From Carpediemonas membranifera BICM (Eukaryota; Protista; Fornicata): DNA of 64,000 bases. The stretch spans positions 346,214-410,213 of the forward strand of contig JAHDYR010000053.1 in NCBI GenBank assembly GCA_019828565.1, written 5' to 3'. The position numbers and the translations under genes were made by a program. A model generated the notes under the pieces. It was not told the DNA's origin and ran no database searches. It was given only the letters and a program-made list of their open reading frames with translations. Position 1 is the stretch's first letter. Each line of letters begins with the position of its first letter. This document shows positions 52,301 to 63,548 of this stretch, one piece after another.

Positions 52301-55300
52301 GGCCGCTCCCGTCGCTGAGCCCGTCGCTGAGCCCGTCGCTGCTCCCGTGGCTGCTCCCGTGGCTGAGCCCGTGGCCGAGCCCGTCGCTGAACCCGTCGCC
52401 GCTCCCATCGCTGAGCCCGTGGCTGAACCCGTCGCTGCTCCCATCGCTGAGCCCGTGGCCGATCCCGTGGCCGCTCCCGTCGCTGCTCCCGTCGCCGCTC
52501 CCATCGCTGAGCCCGTGGCCGAGCCCGTGGCCGCTCCCGTCGCTGAGCCCGTCGCTGAGCCCGTCGCTGCTCCCGTGGCTGCTCCCGTGGCTGAGCCCGT
52601 GGCCGCTCCCGTGGCTGAGCCCGTTGCCGCTCCCGTCGCTGAGCCCGTCGCTGAGCCCGTCGCTGCTCCCGTGGCTGCTCCCGTCGCTGAGCCCGTCGCT
52701 GAGCCCGTCGCTGCTCCCGTGGCTGCTCCCGTGGCCGCTCCCGTCGCTGAGCCCGTCGCTGAGCCCGTGGCTGCTCCCGTGGCTGCTCCCGTGGCTGAGC
52801 CCGTGGCCGAGCCCGTCGCTGAACCCGTCGCCGCTCCCATCGCTGAGCCCGTGGCTGAACCCGTCGCTGCTCCCATCGCTGAGCCCGTGGCCGAGCCCGT
52901 GGCCGCTCCCGTCGCTGAGCCCGTCGCTGAGCCCGTCGCTGCTCCCGTGGCTGCTCCCGTGGCTGAGCCCGTGGCCGAGCCCGTCGCTGAACCCGTCGCC
53001 GCTCCCATCGCTGAGCCCGTGGCTGAACCCGTCGCTGCTCCCATCGCTGAGCCCGTGGCCGAGCCCGTGGCCGCTCCCGTCGCTGCTCCCGTGGCTGAAC
53101 CCGTCGCTGCTCCCATCGCTGAGCCCGTGGCCGAGCCCGTGGCCGCTCCCGTCGCTGCTCCCGTCGCCGCTCCCGTCGCTGCTCCCGTGGCCGCTCCCGT
53201 CGCCGAGCCCGTCGCTGAGCCCGTCGCTGCTCCCGTGGCCGAGCCCGTCGCCGCTCCCGTCGCTGCTCCCGTGGCCGCTCCCGTCGCCGAGCCCGTCGCT
53301 GCTCCCGTGGCCGCTCCCGTGGCTGAGCCCGTTGCCGCTCCCATCGCTGAGCCCGTGGCCGAGCCCGTGGCCGCTCCCGTCGCTGCTCCCGTGGCTGAAC
53401 CCGTCGCTGCTCCCATCGCTGAGCCCGTGGCCGAGCCCGTGGCCGCTCCCGTCGCTGCTCCCGTGGCTGCTCCCGTGGCTGAGCCCGTGGCCAAGCCCGT
53501 CGCTGCTCCCGTGGCCGAGCCCGTCGCTGCTCCCGTGGCTGAGCCCGTTGCCGCTCCCGTCGCTGCTCCCGTGGCCGCTCCCGTCGCCGAGCCCGTCGCT
53601 GCTCCCGTGGCTGAACCCGTCGCTGCTCCCGTGGCCGCTCCCGTGGCTGAGCCCGTTGCCGCTCCCGTCGCTGAGCCCGTGGCTGAACCCGTGGCCGCTC
53701 CCGTCGCCGAGCCCGTCGCTGCTCCCGTGGCTGAACCCGTCGCTGCTCCCGTGGCTGAGCCCGTTGCCGCTCCCATCGCTGAGCCCGTGGCTGAGCCCGT
53801 GGCCGAGCCCGTCGCTGAGCCCGTGGCTGAACCCGTCGCTGAGCCCGTGGCCGAGCCCGTCGCTGAGCCCGTGGCTGAACCCGTCGCTGCTCCCGTGGCT
53901 GAACCCGTCGCTGCTCCCATCGCTGAGCCCGTGGCCGCTCCCATCGCTGAGCCCGTGGCCGAGCCCGTGGCCGCTCCCGTGGCTGAGCCCGTTGCCGCTC
54001 CCATCGCTGAGCCCGTGGCTGAGCCCGTTGCCGCTCCCATCGCTGAGCCCGTGGCTGAACCCGTCGCTGCTCCCGTGGCTGAACCCGTGGCTGCTCCCAT
54101 CGCTGAGCCCGTGGCCGAGCCCGTCGCTGAGCCCGTGGCTGAACCCGTCGCTGAGCCCGTGGCCGAGCCCGTCGCTGAGCCCGTGGCTGAACCCATCGCT
54201 GAGCCCGTGGCTGAGCCCGTTGCCGCTCCCATCGCTGAGCCCGTGGCCGAGCCCGTCGCTGAGCCCGTGGCTGCTCCCATCGCTGAGCCCGTGGCCGCTC
54301 CCATCGCTGAGCCCGTGGCCGAGCCCGTCGCTGCTCCCGTGGCCGAGCCCGTGGCTGCTCCCGTGGCCGCTCCCGTGGCTGAGCCCGTCGCTGAGCCCGT
54401 GGCCGAGCCCGTGGCCGCTCCCGTGGCTGCTCCCGTGGCTGAGCCCGTGGCTGAGCCCGTGGCTGCTCCCGTGGCCGCTCCCGTGGCTGAGCCCGTCGCT
54501 GCTCCCGTGGCTGAGCCCGTTGCCGCTCCCATCGCTGAGCCCGTGGCTGAGCCCGTGGCCGAGCCCGTCGCTGAGCCCGTGGCCGAGCCCGTGGCTGCTC
54601 CCGTGGCCGCTCCCGTGGCTGAGCCCGTCGCTGAGCCCGTGGCCGAGCCCGTGGCCGCTCCCGTGGCTGCTCCCGTGGCCGAGCCCGTGGCTGCTCCCGT
54701 GGCTGAGCCCGTGGCCGAGCCCGTCGCTGAGCCCGTGGCCGAGCCCGTCGCTGCTCCCGTGGCTGCTCCCGTCGCTGCTCCCGTGGCTGCTCCCGTCGCT
54801 GCTCCCGTGGCTGAGCCCGTCGCTGAGCCCGTCGCTGAACCTGTCGCCGCTCCCGTCGCTGCTCCCGTGGCCGAGCCCGTGGCCGCTCCCGTGGCTGCTC
54901 CCGTGGCTGAGCCCGTGGCCGAGCCCGTCGCTGAGCCCGTGGCTGCTCCCATCGCTGAGCCCGTGGCCGCTCCCATCGCTGAGCCCGTGGCCGAGCCCGT
55001 CGCTGCTCCCGTGGCTGCTCCCGTGGCTGAGCCCGTGGCTGAGCCCGTGGCTGCTCCCGTGGCTGAGCCCGTGGCCGAGCCCGTCGCTGAGCCCGTGGCT
55101 GCTCCCATCGCTGAGCCCGTGGCTGCTCCCATCGCTGAGCCCGTGGCCGAGCCCGTCGCTGCTCCCGTGGCTGCTCCCGTGGCTGAGCCCGTGGCTGAGC
55201 CCGTGGCTGCTCCCGTGGCTGAGCCCGTGGCCGAGCCCGTCGCTGAGCCCGTTGCCGCTCCCATCGCTGAGCCCGTGGCTGAGCCCGTGGCCGAGCCCGT

Positions 55301-57530
55301 CGCTGAGCCCGTGGCCGAGCCCGTGGCTGCTCCCGTGGCCGCTCCCGTGGCTGAGCCCGTCGCTGAGCCCGTGGCCGAGCCCGTGGCCGCTCCCGTGGCT
55401 GCTCCCGTGGCCGAGCCCGTGGCTGCTCCCGTGGCTGAGCCCGTGGCCGAGCCCGTCGCTGAGCCCGTGGCTGCTCCCATCGCTGAGCCCGTGGCCGCTC
55501 CCATCGCTGAGCCCGTGGCCGAGCCCGTGGCCGAGCCCGTGGCTGCTCCCGTGGCTGAGCCCGTGGCTGAGCCCGTGGCCGAGCCCGTGGCTGCTCCCGT
55601 GGCCGCTCCCGTGGCTGAGCCCGTCGCTGCTCCCATCGCTGAGCCCGTGGCTGAGCCCGTCGCCGCTCCCGTGGCCGCTCCCGTCGCTGCTCCCGTGGCT
55701 GAGCCCGTCGCTGAGCCCGTCGCTGAACCTGTCGCCGCTCCCGTCGCTGCTCCCGTGGCCGAGCCCGTCGCTGAGCCCGTCGCTGAACCTGTCGCCGCTC
55801 CCGTCGCTGCTCCCGTGGCCGCTCCCGTGGCCGCTCCCGTCGCTGAGCCCGTCGCTGAACCTGTCGCTGCTCCCGTCGCTGCTCCCGTGGCCGAGCCCGT
55901 CGCTGCTCCCGTCGCTGAGCCCGTCGCTGAACCTGTCGCCGCTCCCGTCGCTGAGCCCGTCGCTGCTCCCGTGGCTGAACCCGTCGCTGCTCCCGTCGCT
56001 GAGCCCGTCGCTGAACCTGTCGCCGCTCCCGTCGCTGCTCCCGTGGCTGAGCCCGTTGCCGCTCCCATCGCTGAGCCCGTGGCCGAGCCCGTGGCCGAGC
56101 CCGTCGCTGCTCCCGTGGCTGCTCCCGTGGCCGCTCCCGTGGGCGAGCCCGTCGCTGCTCCCGTGGCCGCTCCCGTGGCCGAGCCCGTGGCTGCTCCCGT
56201 GGCCGCTCCCGTGGCTGAGCCCGTGGCCGCTCCCGTCGCTGCTCCCGTCGCTGAGCCCGTGGCCGAGCCCGTGGCTGCTCCCGTCGCTGAGCCCGTCGCT
56301 GCTCCCGTGGCCGAGCCCGTCGCTGCTCCCGTGGCCGCTCCCGTCGCTGAGCCCGTGGCTGAACCCGTCGCTGCTCCCGTGGCCGAGCCCGTGGCCGAGC
56401 CCGTGGCTGCTCCCGTCGCTGAGCCCGTCGCTGCTCCCGTTGCCGCTCCCGTCGCTGAGCCCGTCGCTGCTACTGAGAACGCCAACGACGCAGACCCCGC
56501 AGACCCCAAGCCCGACGAATCGGCCGACCCCAGCTCCCTCGAGGCCGAGATCGCCCGCATCGATCTCCTCCGCATCCGCCGCATCCAGGAAGACAAGGTC
56601 GAGCGAGCCCGCCTCGAGCGCGACCGCCGCAAGCTCGAAGCAGTCGAGCTTGCCGAACGGAAGCGGGCCGAGGCCGAGGCCGCTCTCTCTGCCGTCGAGC
56701 TCGAGACCCGCGAGAGGTTCAAGAAGGATCGCTCGACCGCTCAGGTGACTGCCGAGCGGGCTCGTATCGACCGCATGGAGAAGGAGAGCCAGGGCCGCCG
56801 CCGCAGGGCCCGCGAGCTCCTCGCCAAGCTCCGCACTGACCGCAACAGACGCCTGGGGCGCCAGATGGACTTCATGTCGCCAACCATCCCCCTGCCTGCC
56901 CAAGCTCAGAGCCCGATCGAGGCCAGGTCTCCCGTGGTCGTCCAGGACTTGATTTCGGCTACTGAACGCGCTAGGGACGCGCAGAAGGCGCTTGTGGACT
57001 ATTCTCATGCAGCTTTGGAAGAGGCTCGAGTAGTGAGACGTCTTTATGATGAAATGGCGCAGAAGAGCAGAGAGGCGTATCACGAAGGCAGCAAGGTCCT
57101 GCTTGCGTCAAGCATGCAGGAGCAGCGTGCCGTGATTGAGCAACGTCGGGTCGATATGCACAATGGGGCCAAGAACGCAGCCGACCACAAGGCCGCCAAG
57201 CGCGACGCCATTCAGGAGCACACCTACGTGCCCTCCTCTCCCATCGCTATGCGTCGCCCGTCCACCGCCAGCGCTGAGATGCGTACGATGCCGCCCAAGC
57301 CGACCCGCCCCTCCACTGCCCAATCCCGTCGTGTCTCCATCAGACACACCCCGTCGCCCCAGATCGAGGCCGAGTGGACAAGCAAGTTGCCGTCTACCCA
57401 GCTGAGAACGGGACTTCCGATGGGTCCGAGGCCGAAGCGGGCGAAGAGTTCCTACATGAACGTCGAGTCGAAGATTGCGGGGACATTTAGGGAGAACTCG
57501 AGGAGGCAGAGCATTTATAAGAAGAAGTGA
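49316..57530 (+). CDS. Giant (about 2700 aa) PVA[A/E] tetrapeptide-repeat protein with a C-terminal coiled coil; local frame breaks in the array
   Basis: Unique N- and C-termini read in frame with the EPVA/APVA repeat; synonymous third-position variation across units. Confidence 0.75.
49529..56471 (+). repeat. 12-bp coding minisatellite (GAG/GCT)CCCGT(C/G)GC(T/C), about 6.9 kb and about 580 units
   Basis: Read directly from the sequence. Confidence 0.97.
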
Positions 57531-57802
57531 GGTGTAAATTATAGAGTTTATGAGTGTTGTGGGTCGAGTGAAGTGGCGGGGAGATGGTAATGAACTTCTC
57601 GTTTTGATGTCTTGAGCAAAGAAGCCATCGAAAACGTCGACAGAAGAAGCCAGCACAGGCCGAATGTCATGGAAGTAGGGGCCGTGAATAACCATGTGAC
57701 TGCCTTAGGATCGATATTGCCAGTCTTCATTTTTTTTCGCCAATCTCTTTTTTTCAAGCAATCACTTTTTTCTTCCTTTGACGACGAAGGTAAGGATTTC
57801 TC

Positions 57803-58582
57803 ATGGCCCGTTCCGCTGCTAAGCACATGAAGCGTATCAACGCTCCCAAGTCTTGGATGCTCTCCAAGATGGGTGGCATCTTCGCCCCCCGTCCCTCCCA
57901 GGGCCCCCACGCCGTTCGCGAGTCCATCCCCCTCCTCGTGATCCTCCGCAACCGCCTCAAGTACGCTCTTAACCAGCGTGAGGTTACCCTCATCCTCAAG
58001 CGCAAGCTTGTTGCCGTTGACGGCAAGATCCGCGCCGATCCCACCTTCCCCATCGGCTTCATGGACGTCCTCTCTGTCAAGAAGTCTAACGACCTCTTCA
58101 GAATGCTCTTCGACACCAAGGGCCGCTTCGTCCTCCACCGCATCTCCGAGGAGGAGTCCAAGTTCAAGCTCTGCAAGGTCACCAAGATCGTTGTCGGCCA
58201 CGCTGGCATCCCCCACCTCTACACCAAGGACGCCCGCACTGTCCGTTACCCCGACCCCGCCATCAAGGTTGGTGACACCGTCAAGATCGACCTCGAGACC
58301 GGCAAGATCGTCGAGTTCGCCCGCTTCGAGCTCGGCGCCCTCGCCTTCATCACCGGCGGCAACAACACTGGCCGTATCGGTGTCGTTTCCCACATCGAGC
58401 GCCACATTGGCACCCACGACATCGTCCAGCTTACGGACGCTGCTGGCAACCACATTGCCACCCGCGCCGACAACGCCTTCATCATCGGCACCGGCTCCAA
58501 GCCCATGATCACCCTGCCCGCCGGCAACGGTGTCCGCAAGACCATCATGGAGGAGCGCCGCGAGCGCCAGGCCAAGAACTAA
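57803..58582 (+). CDS. RPS4: 40S ribosomal protein S4 (eS4)
   Basis: MARSAAKHMKRINAPKSWML...LRNRLKYAL...ITGGNNTGRIG. Confidence 0.98.
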   Translation: MARSAAKHMKRINAPKSWMLSKMGGIFAPRPSQGPHAVRESIPLLVILRNRLKYALNQREVTLILKRKLVAVDGKIRADPTFPIGFMDVLSVKKSNDLFRMLFDTKGRFVLHRISEEESKFKLCKVTKIVVGHAGIPHLYTKDARTVRYPDPAIKVGDTVKIDLETGKIVEFARFELGALAFITGGNNTGRIGVVSHIERHIGTHDIVQLTDAAGNHIATRADNAFIIGTGSKPMITLPAGNGVRKTIMEERRERQAKN

Positions 58583-58876
58583 GTTTCTTGCTGGTCAGTA
58601 AATCCACGGGATAGTGTCTAGTCGTCAAGGACGACCACAACAGCCGCCTCATGCCAGGTAAGGTCAGTTTTTAATAACATCAATCGCGGGAAGCAATAGG
58701 AACCCGGTGCCGCTGTGCGCTGAAACGTCCGGAACATGCAACCCGGCGGTCTCCTCTCAATACTGGGCGATCTACCCGACCCTCTCATCATCGGAGTACC
58801 CGTCCCCTTGCCTAAATCTCCGAATCAGGTCCGTGCCGGCAAAAATTCTTTTTTCTTGCAAACGACAACTCTCACG

Positions 58877-60484
58877 ATGTCTACCGCTGGCAAGCCTGGT
58901 GTGAACTTCCCATTGAACGATGAGGGCAAGCGCCCCACTTCTACTCTGAACAAGCAGATTATTGCTGAGGCGATGGGCGCAATGGACGCCAAGGCCAAGG
59001 AAATGGTCCTCAAGACCCCTGACTGGCGCCACCGCTATGCTGATCAGCTCATCCGCATGGTTGAAATGGGCTGTGCGTCTGAGAAGGCCGCTCTTGATCA
59101 GGCTAAGGCTGGCATCGAGTACATGCACAAGACTTTCACCTACATCAAGGACGGCAACGAGATCCCCTTCGATGAGGCCATGATTGCGATCAAGGACCTC
59201 GGTGACTACAAGTACACTGGCGTGATCAAGGGCACCGGTGCCCCCGTCGACGAGTACACTATCCCCTATAAGAACAAGAAGCTCACGGGCGAGGCCCTCG
59301 TTCGCCAGGTTGACAAGTGGGTCGCCGCCGGCACCATCGAGCCTTCCGCCGGCGAGGGCATCAAGGCCATGGCCGAGAAGCCCGAGCTCCTCGCGAACCT
59401 CAAGAACCGCCGCTTCGTCCTCCTCGGCGCCGGCTCTGCCATGGGTCCGTTCCTGACCCTTATGGCCCTCGGAGCCCACGTTGTTGCGATCGATATCGAC
59501 CGCAAGCCCGTCTGGCAGCGCCTGATCAAGGTTGCCCGCGAGTCTGCGGGCACGATCACTTTCCCTCTCAAGAAGCCGATGGATCAGCTCAAGGACGACG
59601 AAGAGATCGCCGAGAATGCTGGCTGCGACCTTATGGGCGCCACCCCCCACATTGCCAACTGGCTGTGCTCTCTTGACGACTCGACGCCCTTTACGATCGG
59701 CGTCTACGTCTACCTCGACGGCTTCCTCCACGTTCTCCTCTCAATCGCCTCCGACGCCATCATCAAGGCCATGTGCGCCAAGTACGCCTCCAACCCACGC
59801 ATGGTCTCCCTCGGCTACCTCTGCACCCCCACCGACGTCCACGTCGTCCCCGCCGAGGCCGCCCAGGAGTCCCGCCAGCACTACTCTGCCGTGACTCTGG
59901 ACAAGGTCTGGGAGTCTGGCATCCACATGCTCTCTGGCGGCAAGTTCCTGCAGAAAAACACTCGCCCCGCCATCAAGGACGAGAAGGGCAACGAGCTCCA
60001 CATCATGGACGAGCTGTCCATCGCCCAGGGTCCTAACTACGCCCTCGCCAAGCGTCTGCAGCACTGGCGCGCGATGGTCGCCCGGTCCGAGGGCCACCCC
60101 GTGTCGAGCAACATCGCCCCGTCCACGGCCACGGTGTCGGTCATCCACGCCAAGACCTTCGCCTGGGCGTACGGTGGGATGCCCCACTTCAAGCCGATCG
60201 AGATCTTCGAGCCTGCTACATCGAACGCGGTGATGTGCGCGCTTCTTTTGTCCGACGTCATGACCGACGACACCATCGCCAACCCTGAGCGCCAGCTGGC
60301 CAACCCCCAGCAGCTTTTCTCCGAGGGCGCGTTCCACGGCGGCCTGTGGCGCACTGCGTACAAGCTGGACTCCATTGCTGAGACATCCGTGCTCATTTAC
60401 TGGATGGACCGTCTCAAGTACGTCCTGTACGCTATCCTGCTCATCCTCATCATCGTGGTGAAGAAGCTCGTGCTCAAGAAGTAA
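58877..60484 (+). CDS. Uncharacterised Rossmann-like enzyme with a C-terminal membrane anchor
   Basis: VLLGAGSAMGP, VVAIDID, QGPNYALAK (YxxxK); strong codon bias; hydrophobic tail flanked by Lys. Confidence 0.8.
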   Translation: MSTAGKPGVNFPLNDEGKRPTSTLNKQIIAEAMGAMDAKAKEMVLKTPDWRHRYADQLIRMVEMGCASEKAALDQAKAGIEYMHKTFTYIKDGNEIPFDEAMIAIKDLGDYKYTGVIKGTGAPVDEYTIPYKNKKLTGEALVRQVDKWVAAGTIEPSAGEGIKAMAEKPELLANLKNRRFVLLGAGSAMGPFLTLMALGAHVVAIDIDRKPVWQRLIKVARESAGTITFPLKKPMDQLKDDEEIAENAGCDLMGATPHIANWLCSLDDSTPFTIGVYVYLDGFLHVLLSIASDAIIKAMCAKYASNPRMVSLGYLCTPTDVHVVPAEAAQESRQHYSAVTLDKVWESGIHMLSGGKFLQKNTRPAIKDEKGNELHIMDELSIAQGPNYALAKRLQHWRAMVARSEGHPVSSNIAPSTATVSVIHAKTFAWAYGGMPHFKPIEIFEPATSNAVMCALLLSDVMTDDTIANPERQLANPQQLFSEGAFHGGLWRTAYKLDSIAETSVLIYWMDRLKYVLYAILLILIIVVKKLVLKK

Positions 60485-60662
60485 AGAAGTTGTTGTTTCG
60501 CGGAGTCTGCCAGTTCCACTCAGCGAGAGAGAACGCGTGATGTACGCCGAAGGAGACAATTATAGTAGGTTTGGAGAGCCACGTCTTGGTATCGAGTGTA
60601 ATTGGTGGCGAGAGCGCTGAAACATGATTTATGACGCGCGTAATTCTTTTCGCAAACTGACG

Positions 60663-60986
60663 ATGATGTCCCAATCTCAAGCTCTAGACCAGCTGGTGGA
60701 CTTCCAGTCCGCTATTCCGAAGATATCTCGGATGGGCGGTGGAGGATCGCGGACAAGGCTCTTTGCCTGCGTCCGTTGCCACCTTTTGAAGACGAAAGAG
60801 CAGTTCGACAAGAACCAATGCGAGAATTGCCCTGATTTCGACAGCTTCGAAGAGAACACGACCAGTATCTACGAAGGCATCGTCACTTTGATCAACCCGA
60901 AGGAGAGCTACGTCGGGAACGTCCTCGGGCTTTCTGACGTCATCCCGGGCATGTACGCGATGACCGTAGGCTCCTCAGCTGAGTGA
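60663..60986 (+). CDS. SPT4: Transcription elongation factor Spt4
   Basis: ACVRCHLLKT...CENC, NTTSIYEG, PGMYA. Confidence 0.92.
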   Translation: MMSQSQALDQLVDFQSAIPKISRMGGGGSRTRLFACVRCHLLKTKEQFDKNQCENCPDFDSFEENTTSIYEGIVTLINPKESYVGNVLGLSDVIPGMYAMTVGSSAE

Positions 60987-61098
60987 GAGGCATCTAATGG
61001 CTGAGATACACCGCTAGCAGCTCATAAATAGTGTTCGCCCCCTGCTCTTAATCTTTCCTCTACCATATCACGCAACATCTCACACCCAAAGTGCACAT

Positions 61099-62091
61099 TT
61101 ATCGCATACCAACCAACACCACAGCCCCAAGGCCAGTAGCACCCACCGCTACATGGGCGAGAGTCGGAACAATCGCAGACCTCGTGCGCCGAGCCACCAC
61201 CGTCAGTAAGGCCGCGGTGACCAGATTGCCCACAGGTGAGACAATCACAGCGTTCAGGTAGAGCCAGGCCAGCACCACGTGGACCACAGTAGCGCCATGT
61301 GCACGGGTAGCGGCACCCCGAAGCAGCAGACCCTGGCCAAGGACTGGGATGGCTGTCAGTAAGCCTAGCACGATGAATAGGGAGGGGACTAGTGCCTTGG
61401 GGATCTCAGTGGAGCCTAGGACAAGGTTGCCTCTTGAAACTCGCAGGATGGTCTCGACGGGGTAGCGGATTGGCGATATGTGGAGCGAATTGGCCAGAGA
61501 AAAGTAAATAGACTCGCCGATCGCCCATGTTGCGAGTAGAGCGATGAATACCACTGGTACAAGGGCCATCTTCTTAATCGGGGGGCGCGTGGGCTTCTGG
61601 ATGGCCAGTGCTGCCGCAATCATGACCAAGCCTGGCAGCGTCCGCGTGAGGGCGAGGGCTATGACTGGCGTAAGAAGCATAGACAGTGCCGGGTATGCCA
61701 AGGTGCTGTTACCAAACATGATTGCGGTCGGCACGAGATACAGCAGGAGGACTGGGAGTGGCATGTATCGTCTCAGCATCTCTCTGACGCTCAGAGTCTG
61801 TATGGACGCGATCATCTTCACGTGGGTCTTGCTTGTCGGGGAGCGCAGAGCTTGGGGGCCGACAACTGTCACTTCGGGCGTGGGAGAGCGATGGAATGCG
61901 ACAGGAGAGAGATCTGAAAGACGGCGCTTTCTTTCGTGAATGTTTTCGGAGCGTGGAGCACGCGGTGGGCGGTGGTGGGTGTCTGGAATGCGGGCTGGAG
62001 GCAAATGAGCTTGCATGTGCGTGGGAAACGACGGTGTGAGCTCTGTATCTGACACGTGAGGACTTTCTAAATCACGATGAAACTCGCTCAT
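61099..62091 (-). CDS. Multi-pass membrane protein, degenerate CAAX/Abi (CPBP) protease-like
   Basis: GQGLLLRG (cf. EExxFRG) and RRTRSAIVPTLAH (cf. rtgSl..il.H). Confidence 0.5.
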   Translation of the reverse strand: MSEFHRDLESPHVSDTELTPSFPTHMQAHLPPARIPDTHHRPPRAPRSENIHERKRRLSDLSPVAFHRSPTPEVTVVGPQALRSPTSKTHVKMIASIQTLSVREMLRRYMPLPVLLLYLVPTAIMFGNSTLAYPALSMLLTPVIALALTRTLPGLVMIAAALAIQKPTRPPIKKMALVPVVFIALLATWAIGESIYFSLANSLHISPIRYPVETILRVSRGNLVLGSTEIPKALVPSLFIVLGLLTAIPVLGQGLLLRGAATRAHGATVVHVVLAWLYLNAVIVSPVGNLVTAALLTVVARRTRSAIVPTLAHVAVGATGLGAVVLVGMR

Positions 62092-62401
62092 GTTTTGTTG
62101 TGGAATCTCAAGCGATCATGATGCGAACATCCGGAATATTCGCAGTGTGCTAATCTGACAAAACCAACGAACAGGCGACATGAATGAAGCACCCTGACAG
62201 GGCCACAGCAACAGCCATTCTTGAGCCATTCTTGAGATTTCTTTCCGCAAGTCAGGCAGGCTGAATTTGTGAGAAAATGACTGCCAATAGCATGCTGTTT
62301 ATGATCGTAATATGCTGTTAGCACACCCTAGTAGGCTCTGTGCTCGTCATTCTCGCCCAGAAATTCTTCACTTCGCATTTTAAGGAAGGAACGGCATCAG
62401 G

Positions 62402-63421
62402 ATGATTCCTGGCTTAAAACGGGTTAAGCAGATCTCATATGCCAATATTCCTGCTGAAGCAAGGCCATCAGCCAATACAGGCCCCGGTGGCCCCGCAGTG
62501 AACCTTGGAAGCTTGGATGTTGTGCGTCCACCATCAGCAAGAGACGACGAGGAGGCCTACCTGTGTATTTCAGGGTCCAAACGCAGGTTTCGCCCACCAA
62601 GTGCGCATAGAATGTACCGGCCGATGTCTGCGACGCTTCCAACCTCGCCGGAAGAGACATCGAGCGAAACCCCGCGTTCTTCTCGCACAAATACCTCCAA
62701 ACCATCTTACCAGCCAACCCGCGCGCAGTGGAGGACGCCTGCTACCCGGCCCCAGCCCAAGACAGAGCGGCCTCCTCCTAGATCCCGTCCAGCCTCCGCC
62801 CAATCTGAACTCGAGAAAAAACACAAGCTCGCTGAGACCGCCCCATTCACGCCCAGGTCATACAGGCCAGGATCAGCCCGGCCATCGTCAGCCCGGTCAT
62901 CATCATCCCGTCCTTCGTCTGCCCGACCCGCCTCAGCCCTCATCATTGAGCCCAAGGAAGTTACGAGCGCCCTTTCACTAGGCGGGCCCAAGCCCAACTT
63001 CCCGCGGCCCGGGTCAGCTAGGGGGATGCCTCTCCCTGTGCCGTCGATGGTTCGGCCCGGCACACCCCGACGAGCCGTGCCACACCCCATGGCCTCGCCC
63101 CGGCAGGGCTCGCGGAGTTCATCACGACCAATGTCAGCCCGCCCAGGCACACCAGTCATGGACACGCGGTCGACCTCACCGTTCGCCCCAAGGCCTGGCA
63201 CGGCTCCGCTGACTCCGGGCGGGAGTGTGAAGCATAACATTTATGTCTCACCCACCCTCCAGATGAGTTACAGACTGGCCCCGGCCAGGAATCTATCGCC
63301 CAGTGCAAGGAGTACGACTAGACTGCCCGTGAAGAAGCGGGGTGTCGTGCCCGTCCCGTTCCAGTTCGCCACGGCCGTGAGGGCGCGAGATAAGTCGGTG
63401 GGGCAGGGGCCGTGGATGTGA
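62402..63421 (+). CDS. Basic disordered protein with RPxSA/RPGTP repeats
   Basis: About 10 RPx[ST][AP] motifs; GTAAAT at 63469-63474. Confidence 0.65.
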   Translation: MIPGLKRVKQISYANIPAEARPSANTGPGGPAVNLGSLDVVRPPSARDDEEAYLCISGSKRRFRPPSAHRMYRPMSATLPTSPEETSSETPRSSRTNTSKPSYQPTRAQWRTPATRPQPKTERPPPRSRPASAQSELEKKHKLAETAPFTPRSYRPGSARPSSARSSSSRPSSARPASALIIEPKEVTSALSLGGPKPNFPRPGSARGMPLPVPSMVRPGTPRRAVPHPMASPRQGSRSSSRPMSARPGTPVMDTRSTSPFAPRPGTAPLTPGGSVKHNIYVSPTLQMSYRLAPARNLSPSARSTTRLPVKKRGVVPVPFQFATAVRARDKSVGQGPWM

Positions 63422-63548
63422 GCGAGGGATTGTATCATAGATATTACCAGATACGGCTTGTCCGGTTAGTAAATCGCTGCCGCGTTTTTCAGCTTTTCCC
63501 GTTTCTTGCTTCAAACCATTTTTTCATGCCAAGTTTCGTCATTTATCA

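Noticed and set aside
49529-56471. CRISPR-like array
   Set aside because: Contiguous tandem units with no unique spacers, in a eukaryotic context with no cas genes.
49232-57083. Very long antisense and alternative-frame ORFs (GSAT, HGSSD, PWLS repeats)
   Set aside because: By-products of a stop-poor 12-bp repeat. Only the PVA[A/E] frame joins plausible unique termini and shows synonymous variation.
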